Origin: Vibrio vulnificus CMCP6
Lineage (GTDB): Bacteria; Pseudomonadota; Gammaproteobacteria; Enterobacterales; Vibrionaceae
NCBI RefSeq assembly: GCF_000039765.1
Contig: NC_004460.2
Span: forward strand, 450,001 to 482,000
Direction: 5' to 3'
DNA length: 32,000 nt
A program made the translations under genes and the position numbers. The notes below the pieces were generated by a model. That model was not told the origin of the DNA and ran no database searches. It worked only from the letters and a program-made list of their open reading frames with translations. Shown here piece after piece: positions 4,907-12,919 of the stretch; the first letter of the stretch is position 1, and each line of letters opens with the position of its first letter.

Positions 4907-7900
4907 TTAACCTCCTGGAGGTAAGATAATAATTTTTCCATCGGGAGCTATTGTTATTGACCCCGAAGGAGTATACGGCTGACCGGCTTTCAAGTCTCCC
5001 CCTGCTCTAATTCCGGCTCTTTGGAAAAACTGTTCTGGCGTTGTCATTGTTTCGATTGTTTGCGTACTTTTACCGGGAACAATCGTCAACTCTTCCATTT
5101 TTAAGAAATGGGGGTTGTCGGCTGTCGTTTTATTGATGTTTTTGATAATTCTTTGAGCTTGTTTCTCTGATAAACTACCAAAACCAACATCAATATCGCT
5201 ACCTTTACCGAAATCTCCTCTTATTCGACTTCCACCAAATACCACCGTTGAATCTCTTTTTAGCCCCTGTTCTAAAATCAGAGTAGCTTGTTCAGTTGTT
5301 AAATCAGGTACATGTTTTGATAAAAACGCAGACTGCTCTGTAATACCAGAAGTTCTTAATGTTGTTTGCTCAGGGAATGTATTAAATACCGATTTATCTG
5401 TCCAACGTTTGTCTGGAACTACCCCTTTCCCCACAGACTTCATAGCAACTCTACCGCCCCATGCGGTCATCACTATTTCTGGGGCTAACTGCACGAGTGT
5501 TGCCGCCAAGGGGGAACCTGTATGTTCTAGTGTTGCACTGCCAAGCCCTTCCATTGTATCTGCATAGGCTTCAACATATCCAGATACGTTGTTAATAATT
5601 TGATGTGCGCCCCGAGACTGCGGAACATAGCTATATTTCTCTTGAATCGATTGAATGAGCGCAGAAGATTGCTCTAAATCACCAAATGTGAGTTGCGCTA
5701 ACCCAGCTAAGCCAGCCACCGCGTCAACGGCTGTGTTGTAAGCACCTGCCGCCAGCATTTCTGTCGCACCCAACGCATAATCAATGCCGACTTGCTGAAC
5801 AGCGTCTGGCGCTATGGCATGTAACTGATAAGTCGGGCTGGCTGTTTTCACCACACTGGCGTAATTGCCTGAGCCCATCGCGTAAAACATCGGCTGTTGC
5901 GGCTGGGTATCGTTCACGCCAGCTTGTATTGCAGGAGAGCCCTCTTTGGCACATAAGCCATGCGGATCTACCCACATCACCGGATTGGGGGCATATTGAT
6001 AATGGTTTATGCCGCCTAACAGCCCAATCGGGTCTGGCTGAATAAAGCGCTCGGTTCTTGGGTCGTAGTAACGGGCAAGGTTGTAGTGTAGCCCTGTTTC
6101 CACATCGTGATATTGCCCTTGAAAACGGAGCGGGTTGCCAACGCTCTCCACCTCAATGTGCGCACGTCCGTATGTGTCGTAACGGGCTTGCCAAACAACC
6201 GAGCCTTGTTCATCCACCAGAGCCAAAGGTGTGCCAATTTGGTCACATTGGTAGAAGTAGCATTGCTCATCTTCCACTAGCATGATTGGCGTGTGACTAT
6301 TGGGCAAATAAAAATACCAACGGTACTTTCCGTTGTGATATTCACCAATTAACTGGCTCCCCTGCCAGATAAACTCGGTAGTGCCAGTTTCTGTCACTTT
6401 TCGACTACGACGCCCCAGCGCATCGTATTCAAAATGAGAAAGTTCCCCATCACTGTCGACTTGTACGAGCTGATTGAGTGCGTTGAAGCATCGATACTGC
6501 GCGCTCCCCTCGCCCTCTGCACAAATCTGATTGCCATGAGCGTCATACTGGAAGCGCCAACCGCTGTGTTCCACCAATCTGTCACCCATTAGTAGACAAT
6601 CCGCTTCACTTGGATTGCCAAAACTGTCGAATCGGTAGGTTTCTTCCTGATGCGCGGTTTTGGCGCGAGTGAGCTGACCTAGGCTGTCGTATTGGTAATG
6701 TGATGCACCCTGTACACTGTCGATAATAATGGCGAGCTGGTGAGCGGTATCATAATGGTATTTCCTGCTTCGGTTGTTCCACTGTTGTTGAGACAGTCGG
6801 CCAATACCATCAAACCGTTTCTGTTCTTGCTCTTGTCCATAGTAAACCGAGCAGATTCGTCCCATGGAATCATAGTCAAAATGCACACAAGGCGGCTTCT
6901 CACCCATTGAAATAGCCGCTAATTGGCCGTACGTGGTATACGCATAGTTCACTTGGCTGCCATCTGCTAGAAGCAACTGGCTAAGTTGCCCTGATGCGTT
7001 ATGGTGATAACCAATCCTGTGCTGCCCCTGAATTTGTTGAGATAGCTGACCACCAGAAGAGTATTGGTACTGAATAGTGCACGCTCGGTTGGTTGCCAAA
7101 CGCAGTTGCGACCCGTGACTAAACTGGTATCGGTTTTCTGACACGCCATGCGTCGCCCCCGCCTTGACCAGACAAAGATTGCCTTCAGCATCATAGGAAA
7201 AGACAACTTGACGTTCACAACTTTCTAAACGGGAGAGTCTTCCGGCTAAATCATAGTGATACTGAGTAGTGACACCATCAAAATTCTGCGTTTCAGTGAC
7301 ATAGTGGTCTGGCGACAGCGTAAACAGAAAATCACATGCATCGCTGCGAGAAATTCCAACGAGGTTCCTTTCTCCATCATAACGAAAAGCAAGCTCTCCA
7401 CCATCGGGGCGGATGATTGCATTCGGCTGTGCCAGCAAGCCCCACTCAATCGTGCTCGTTCCTGCTGGGGTAATAAGGTGTGTTACTCGGCCGCATTCGT
7501 CATACCGGTAACGCACTTCATGCTGTAAGTCATCCTCTTTACTGTAGGTAAAGGTTTTGGTCAGATGGCCATAGGTATCATGCTCAAATGCGGTCACCAT
7601 TCCGTTGGGAAATGCAATGCCATCGAGCCGATGTTCTTGGTTGTAACTGTAACGTAGCAATGTTTGATTGGCTTGATGAGCGATCATCTGATGGGCATCA
7701 TTCCACCACCATTGATGGCTTTCACCATCCGATGCTTTACGTTCGATCAGACGGCCAAACTTGTCATAACGACAATCCGTCCGTTTACCGCTTGAATCGC
7801 TCAAAGCCGTCAGTAAACCTAATATATTGTACTGGCGTTGCTCTAATGCGCCGTTTGGATAACGAATGGCCGTTTGCTGACCTAGTGCGTTGTATTGATA

Positions 7901-9340
7901 ACCTGTTGTGGCTCCACTGGAATGACGCTCTTTTGTTTTCTGACCATACGCATTGTATTGGTAGCACACCGTCTCACCGCTGGGTTGTATCGCGCGCACG
8001 AGTCGTCCGTTGTCATCGTATTCCCAGCGCCACTCACGCCCTTCTGGGCTGCGTTTTGAGCTTAGTTTGCCATGGGCATTGTGTTCAAATGACCATTGAT
8101 GGCCCAAGGTATCGCGATAACTTGACGTTTCATCTTGGTAGTGAAATTGATAATCGTAAGTGCCGTCATCGCCATAATTACGAAGACATTTGGCTTCCGG
8201 CCCTTCTGCTGACCACTCAAAATAGTGACTAAATCCCGACTGACGCTGCCTTCTTTTGAGCAAATGACTCTCTGAGTAGAAGTAGCTTTCTGTTTGACCA
8301 TGCTGATTGGTTGCCGCCGTTAAATTGTCTTGCGCGTCATATTGATAGCTCGCCAACACCTTCCCGGAATCGGGGAGCCGGACTTCAACCAGATGGCCTC
8401 TTCGATCATATTGAAGCTCTGCACAGTGCTGTTTGTTGTAGCGAATGCCTACCAAACGCTGTTTTGAGGAATAATCCAGATCAATTAAATCAATGGCTGT
8501 CGTTCTGATTTGTTTAATTAACCAAGTTTCATTCTTCCGTTCAAACTTGTACTGGGTACCATTCGCTAACGTGACCAGCAAATAACCATTTTCGTGATGG
8601 AAGCAACTTGCTCCTACGTAAGTTTGGTAACTCACCGCACCTTGGTTCACGACAGGAAACGCAATGACGTCGCCCATCTCATCGCAAAAATGCCAACCCG
8701 TAAGCTCTCCTTTTTCAGAGTGTACTTCGTGGATTTGATAGTCGAAGCAATGTCGCCAACCATGCCCTAAGCCAGTGTCTAAAAGACAAAACGAGGAACG
8801 ATAGGTGCGAGAAAAACTCAATCGATGGTGAAGTGTTAAGTCACACAGTGTTAGGATTTCTTCACCCGTCACCATAGAAACCGGATCGCCGGCTTTTTCA
8901 TGATGTTTACTGCTTTCGGCTTGCGCTTCGTCGCAAGTTTTATCATCACTGGTTTGGCTCTCTGTTTTCCCATCTGACGCGGGTTTTGACTCTTGGTCTT
9001 GAGGTGGTGGTGTTAAAATCGTTGGTTTTAATGATGCTGGCGTCACGCTTTCAAACTGAACGACATGCAGCCTTCTTGCTGCCAGTGCCGCACTCAGTGA
9101 CGCAACGTAATCTTCGAAGACTTTTTCATCGCGAAAGGGACTTTGGGGTATATTATCTCCCAACCAACCGCTTACCTCGGCGATGTCTTCTAACGAAGCA
9201 AGCTTAAATTTTTCGACAAACTGTTGAGCAACCAACTCTGTCGAGAAGTGCAGTGTCTTCCCTTCAGCGATTGGCTGGTCTGAGAAATAGTGTAACGATC
9301 CATCGTAGGCAGAGATTTTGACTATCCGTTGTCCATTCAT
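4907..9340 (-). CDS. rhs: Rhs/YD-repeat T6SS effector (1477 aa) with a polymorphic C-terminal toxin
   Basis: It contains many YD repeats (YQYDAQDNL, YQYNAYGQ, YRYDECGRV, YHYDLAGRL, FEYDALGRR and others). A plug-like GDPVSMVTGEE lies at aa 151-161. The core-end signature is RYYDPRTERFIQPDPIGLLGGINHYQYAPNPVMWVDPHGL, with DPHGL at nt 5954-5968. Its ATG directly abuts the stop of the upstream gene. Confidence 0.95.
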   Translation of the reverse strand: MNGQRIVKISAYDGSLHYFSDQPIAEGKTLHFSTELVAQQFVEKFKLASLEDIAEVSGWLGDNIPQSPFRDEKVFEDYVASLSAALAARRLHVVQFESVTPASLKPTILTPPPQDQESKPASDGKTESQTSDDKTCDEAQAESSKHHEKAGDPVSMVTGEEILTLCDLTLHHRLSFSRTYRSSFCLLDTGLGHGWRHCFDYQIHEVHSEKGELTGWHFCDEMGDVIAFPVVNQGAVSYQTYVGASCFHHENGYLLVTLANGTQYKFERKNETWLIKQIRTTAIDLIDLDYSSKQRLVGIRYNKQHCAELQYDRRGHLVEVRLPDSGKVLASYQYDAQDNLTAATNQHGQTESYFYSESHLLKRRQRQSGFSHYFEWSAEGPEAKCLRNYGDDGTYDYQFHYQDETSSYRDTLGHQWSFEHNAHGKLSSKRSPEGREWRWEYDDNGRLVRAIQPSGETVCYQYNAYGQKTKERHSSGATTGYQYNALGQQTAIRYPNGALEQRQYNILGLLTALSDSSGKRTDCRYDKFGRLIERKASDGESHQWWWNDAHQMIAHQANQTLLRYSYNQEHRLDGIAFPNGMVTAFEHDTYGHLTKTFTYSKEDDLQHEVRYRYDECGRVTHLITPAGTSTIEWGLLAQPNAIIRPDGGELAFRYDGERNLVGISRSDACDFLFTLSPDHYVTETQNFDGVTTQYHYDLAGRLSRLESCERQVVFSYDAEGNLCLVKAGATHGVSENRYQFSHGSQLRLATNRACTIQYQYSSGGQLSQQIQGQHRIGYHHNASGQLSQLLLADGSQVNYAYTTYGQLAAISMGEKPPCVHFDYDSMGRICSVYYGQEQEQKRFDGIGRLSQQQWNNRSRKYHYDTAHQLAIIIDSVQGASHYQYDSLGQLTRAKTAHQEETYRFDSFGNPSEADCLLMGDRLVEHSGWRFQYDAHGNQICAEGEGSAQYRCFNALNQLVQVDSDGELSHFEYDALGRRSRKVTETGTTEFIWQGSQLIGEYHNGKYRWYFYLPNSHTPIMLVEDEQCYFYQCDQIGTPLALVDEQGSVVWQARYDTYGRAHIEVESVGNPLRFQGQYHDVETGLHYNLARYYDPRTERFIQPDPIGLLGGINHYQYAPNPVMWVDPHGLCAKEGSPAIQAGVNDTQPQQPMFYAMGSGNYASVVKTASPTYQLHAIAPDAVQQVGIDYALGATEMLAAGAYNTAVDAVAGLAGLAQLTFGDLEQSSALIQSIQEKYSYVPQSRGAHQIINNVSGYVEAYADTMEGLGSATLEHTGSPLAATLVQLAPEIVMTAWGGRVAMKSVGKGVVPDKRWTDKSVFNTFPEQTTLRTSGITEQSAFLSKHVPDLTTEQATLILEQGLKRDSTVVFGGSRIRGDFGKGSDIDVGFGSLSEKQAQRIIKNINKTTADNPHFLKMEELTIVPGKSTQTIETMTTPEQFFQRAGIRAGGDLKAGQPYTPSGSITIAPDGKIIILPPGG
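4910..5953 (-). other. Rhs C-terminal tip (aa 1130-1477): a conserved 50-aa leader, an Ala/Gly-rich hydrophobic region, then a nucleotidyltransferase-fold-like domain
   Basis: This is the sequence after DPHGL. VVFGGSRIRGDFGKGSDIDVGF (nt 5180-5245) gives G1370-S1371-x10-D1382-x-D1384. That is the hG[GS]x9-13Dh[DE]h signature of pol-beta/MNT-type nucleotidyltransferases. Confidence 0.55.
5805..6205. repeat. Segment of the main rhs that is duplicated in the orphan region (5805-5899 with 1633-1727; 5880-6205 with 1-327)
   Basis: Direct eye alignment of the three copies. All are in the same (minus) orientation. Confidence 0.85.
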
Positions 9341-10249
9341 TTACTTATCTTCCGAACGACTGCTCCAACGATACAAAATACCCACAGCTAACCCCTGCTC
9401 TTCAGCATCAATCTGTAAGACATGAAAGGGTTTCTGTGGATCTTGCAACTGTTTTTGATAGGCATGAAGCGCCTTATATAACCCGGTTCCAGCACCGAGT
9501 TGCCCCACCAATGTGCTGGAGAAAAAATAGCCTGTGTTTTCTGTTACCCAAGGCGAAAAACGGTGTAGTTGGGAATGCCAAATAGGCATATCAGCACCGT
9601 CTAGAGGTAACATGAGTTCCGTTAATTCTCTTTGACACATTTGAGACAACGACGCCATCACTCTGGGAATGCCACTTTCATAGTGGCTGGAATAACGGTC
9701 AAACTGAACTTTCGATGGTTCTAGACCGTATGTAGAGCGTGCAATATGCACCAAGAGTAATGAGTCAGTTTTTATGTCTTCAAAAAGTTGATATTCACTG
9801 CCTACACAAAATAGAGACGAAGTATCCACAGACAGCACCCAGCACTCATGGCGCTCAAGACAATGCATGACACGCTCGAAGGCAACCAAAAAAGAGGCAT
9901 TCCCATAGGGGTAACAAAATATAGAACGCTGACCGCTAGGCGTGTCACCCAGTACCTCGTTGAGTTTCTTCACCAGCTTCAGTACCTCATCTTGTGTCGC
10001 TAGTTCAGGCAGCAAGAAGAAAATCGTCGCTTGTTTCGGGATCCTAGAAATGTCTACTGAATAATGCGCAATCAGCTCCTCCAAACGAACCAATAGAGAC
10101 GCTGATTGATGTGCGAATGTTTTATAGCTATTTCCAGAATAAAACAGATCATCGCACCATTGAGGTGGCTCAATCGTTCCTAAATTATCTTGAGTCGCCA
10201 GATTGTGAGAGCCAACATAAACAGCGTGTGGATTAAGTTCGAGCGCCAT
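9341..10249 (-). CDS. Unrecognised 302-aa accessory protein between PAAR and Rhs; possibly a degenerate ketosynthase/thiolase-like adaptor
   Basis: The ORF is wedged with zero spacing on both sides (PAAR TAG|ATG at 10249/10250; its TAA|ATG of rhs at 9340/9341). VLSVDTSSLFCVG resembles the KS active-site motif VDTACSSSL without the Cys. There is a Gly-rich LVGQLGAGTGLY near the C-terminus. I saw no DUF4123 (fRfYDPR) or DUF1795-like size or pattern. Confidence 0.35.
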   Translation of the reverse strand: MALELNPHAVYVGSHNLATQDNLGTIEPPQWCDDLFYSGNSYKTFAHQSASLLVRLEELIAHYSVDISRIPKQATIFFLLPELATQDEVLKLVKKLNEVLGDTPSGQRSIFCYPYGNASFLVAFERVMHCLERHECWVLSVDTSSLFCVGSEYQLFEDIKTDSLLLVHIARSTYGLEPSKVQFDRYSSHYESGIPRVMASLSQMCQRELTELMLPLDGADMPIWHSQLHRFSPWVTENTGYFFSSTLVGQLGAGTGLYKALHAYQKQLQDPQKPFHVLQIDAEEQGLAVGILYRWSSRSEDK

Positions 10250-10540
10250 CTAATCTCCAATCAACACGGTAGGTACGCCAACCAATATTTTGCCACCGTG
10301 AGAAGTGCTATCACCCATCCGAGCGGCTGGCTTGCCGTTAATTTTTACTGACGATGAACCGCTTGAAATACTGTCGGGAGGGCCAACACATATCAGCTTG
10401 TCTCCTTCTCTCGCGGCAGGTATACCTCCTATTTTCACATTCGGCGAGCCCGTGACGACAGGGCCTCCAACATGGGGAATCTTCCCGGTCTTTTTCGGAC
10501 AGACGTGAAAACAACCAATGACAGATGCAGGTTTACCCAT
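10250..10540 (-). CDS. PAAR-domain spike-tip protein (96 aa)
   Basis: The sequence contains GGIPAAREGD...CVGPPDSISSGSSSVKINGKPAARMGDSTSHGG, i.e. two PAAR motifs. The size is typical and it sits directly downstream of vgrG. Confidence 0.9.
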   Translation of the reverse strand: MGKPASVIGCFHVCPKKTGKIPHVGGPVVTGSPNVKIGGIPAAREGDKLICVGPPDSISSGSSSVKINGKPAARMGDSTSHGGKILVGVPTVLIGD

Positions 10541-10549
10541 GTGTTCTTC

Positions 10550-12385
10550 CTAGTTCAGTGAAATCTGGCCAGCTTTTAAGGCAATCGAGGCACCATTAAT
10601 GGCTATTTTGTTGCCTTTAATATTGATCTCCCCCGAACTCGACATCTGAATCGAAGCGCCGCCCACTTTAATTTCAATGCTTTTGCCTGCGGTCAGAGAA
10701 AGGACTTCGCCAATATCGAGTGAATAGTTTTTCCCAATCTTCCCAGAGACGTTTTGTCCAACCTCCTCCGTTAGGTTGTTGGTAATTTTCTGGGTCTTAT
10801 TGTTTTCAACTAGGACATCAGCGGAATCTTCGACGACCATTTGGAAGTTCTTTTCCGCATGAAGATAGACATGTTCCTCACCCGGTTTATCTTCAAAGCG
10901 TAACTCGTTGAAGTTACTCGCCCCTTTTTCTACAGACTGGCTACGGTAACCACTTTGGGTTTTCTTCTCTGGCAACGAAAAAGGTGGCGCTTGCGTCCCA
11001 TTGTAAAGAGACCCTGTCACCACTGGCTGATCCGGATCCCCATTGATAAATTCAACGATGACCTCTTGCCCTACTCTTGGCAGAAATGAGCTTCCCCAGC
11101 CATTCCCTGCAATTTGTTGTGCGACACGTATCCAGCACGAACTCGTCGTATCAAACTTACCTTCACGATCCCAGTGAAATTGAACTTTTATCCGCCCATA
11201 TTTGTCGACGTAGATTTCACCTTGCTTATTACCTGTCACAACCGCAGTTTGGATTCCGCGAATAACTGGCCTCACAAAGTTAACCGCCGGACGATGCACT
11301 TTCCCTGACTCAATGCAGGTAAAATAACTCCTAACACCTTGATTTGAAGGGCCACCATGACCTACTTGGTTGAAAACAGCTGCGTTGATAACAATCGATG
11401 AGAGCACGAACTCTTTGCCGATTCGGCTAGGGTCTTCATGCTTACCAAATTTGAAACTTCTGCCGACCGCAAAGGAGCGGCAACTCGACTCTCCAGAACA
11501 AACGTATGCGTTTTGCTGTAATGATTCGATCGTGTGGGTATTTCTCGTTTTGTACTGATCACCCGACTCCGCTTCACCCAGATATTCATAATGCTCGCTG
11601 CTCGGAACGGTAAATAAGGATTCGCTCCCTTTTGCCGTATTGTTAGGATGTGAAGCTGGCTTTTTCATATCATAGCCACTTTTGTGACTGCGCGTGATCA
11701 CCATCGATTGAGCTTCATGCCACGAAGAGATATGACCCAACTCTGCGGTACCTGAATTGAAATCAATTAAAAATTCAGCACCTGGCTTGTAATAGCTGGC
11801 ATCATCAAATATCTCGATCACATGTGAAGATTTAGTATGGCTGAAACAGAACGACAGCCCTTCCTCAGATAAGAGTCTTTTAACAAACTGTAGATCCGAT
11901 TCTTCGTACTGAACTTTGTAGTTATACTTGGCATAGCTTTTGGTCAGAGAAAAAGAAAAGTCGACGCCATGCTCACCAAGAATTAATGAAATGATTTCTT
12001 TTATATCTTTATTTTGAAAGATTCGGCTGTTGATTTTGTAGTCCGCAAAATTCAATTTTGGCACAACAACAAGCTCAATGTTTTTGTAGTTTTCACCATC
12101 TTCAAATTTGGTCACTCGGCTTCCTGCTAGTGTTGCCTTTGCAACAAACCCATGGAAGTATCTCGGTTCCAACATGACTTGGCTATTATTATCCATTTTG
12201 ATAATAACTGGCTGACCCACGATTTGATTCAGTTCGCCTTTTCGACCATTAAAATAAGCATAAACTCGCAATGAAAATAGCTCTGACATTTCTTCTCTAT
12301 ATTCAAAGGAATTGAGAATAATCGCATCTTTCCCATAAGGCGTGGAAATATTTATAAATTTATTATCTTGAGTCGCTTTTTTCAT
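10550..12385 (-). CDS. vgrG: VgrG (TssI) spike protein, no C-terminal effector extension
   Basis: The N-terminus is gp27-like (ISTPYGKDAIILNSFEYREEMSELFSLRVYAY). A gp5 OB-like region follows (VVTGNKQGEIYVDKYGRIKVQFHWDR...GWGSSFLPRVGQEVIVEFINGDPDQPVVTGSLYN). The C-terminal beta-helix repeats end in ALKAGQISLN. The ORF track starts at a TTG (12406); the first ATG is at 12385. Confidence 0.93.
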   Translation of the reverse strand: MKKATQDNKFINISTPYGKDAIILNSFEYREEMSELFSLRVYAYFNGRKGELNQIVGQPVIIKMDNNSQVMLEPRYFHGFVAKATLAGSRVTKFEDGENYKNIELVVVPKLNFADYKINSRIFQNKDIKEIISLILGEHGVDFSFSLTKSYAKYNYKVQYEESDLQFVKRLLSEEGLSFCFSHTKSSHVIEIFDDASYYKPGAEFLIDFNSGTAELGHISSWHEAQSMVITRSHKSGYDMKKPASHPNNTAKGSESLFTVPSSEHYEYLGEAESGDQYKTRNTHTIESLQQNAYVCSGESSCRSFAVGRSFKFGKHEDPSRIGKEFVLSSIVINAAVFNQVGHGGPSNQGVRSYFTCIESGKVHRPAVNFVRPVIRGIQTAVVTGNKQGEIYVDKYGRIKVQFHWDREGKFDTTSSCWIRVAQQIAGNGWGSSFLPRVGQEVIVEFINGDPDQPVVTGSLYNGTQAPPFSLPEKKTQSGYRSQSVEKGASNFNELRFEDKPGEEHVYLHAEKNFQMVVEDSADVLVENNKTQKITNNLTEEVGQNVSGKIGKNYSLDIGEVLSLTAGKSIEIKVGGASIQMSSSGEINIKGNKIAINGASIALKAGQISLN

Positions 12386-12439
12386 TACAAACTTCTTTAT
12401 AAACAAATAAGGAGGGCACTTTCGAACCCTCCAAATGAT

Positions 12440-12919
12440 TTACATTTGTTGACCTTTAACACCGCTGTAACCGTATACCAACGGAGCAGATGTGTTGTTT
12501 TTGTCATCAGTAGGCGTCACAGTCATCATCATCTCTGTGTAAGAGATGGTGATTGTTTCAATTGGACGGTCGTCTTGAATTGACACTGCATAGTTAGAAA
12601 TCATGGCATCCGTTAGTTGAATTTTCATGATTTCTTCGATTTTTTCACCCTGCTTAGTGATATGGAATACAGCGGGTTTACCCTTACCAATCGTGGCTTC
12701 TTTGAACAGATCTGGGGATGCTTTGTCTTGAAGTTTGGTAATGGTCATATCGTAAAGACGAGTAGAGCTTGCTTCACGATCCATTGCGGTACCAGTATAA
12801 GAAGAAATTTCACGACCTACACTCCAATCAACTGAAAGAAGAGTAATCATATCCTTGTACTGTTCTGCGGTAGCTTCACCTTTAATATCAGCATATTTCA
12901 GGTAGGTATTTGACTGCAT
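12440..12919 (-). CDS. hcp: Hcp (TssD) tube protein
   Basis: 159 aa, MQSNTYLKYADIKGEAT...DREASSTRLYDMTITKLQDKASPDLFKEA. The size and N-terminal I-K-G-E pattern are Hcp-like. It lies between clpV and vgrG. An AGGAGA Shine-Dalgarno sits 5 nt upstream. Confidence 0.85.
   Translation of the reverse strand: MQSNTYLKYADIKGEATAEQYKDMITLLSVDWSVGREISSYTGTAMDREASSTRLYDMTITKLQDKASPDLFKEATIGKGKPAVFHITKQGEKIEEIMKIQLTDAMISNYAVSIQDDRPIETITISYTEMMMTVTPTDDKNNTSAPLVYGYSGVKGQQM

Noticed and set aside
7588-8232. 214-aa plus-strand ORF, with other plus-strand ORFs at 6058-6285, 7256-7528, 8311-8508 and 8986-9207, all antisense to rhs
   Set aside because: They lie entirely inside the strongly supported minus-strand Rhs gene. 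Their composition is odd (Cys/His/Arg-rich), with no recognisable motifs and no start context. Long antisense ORFs are expected opposite GC-richer repeat-coding DNA.
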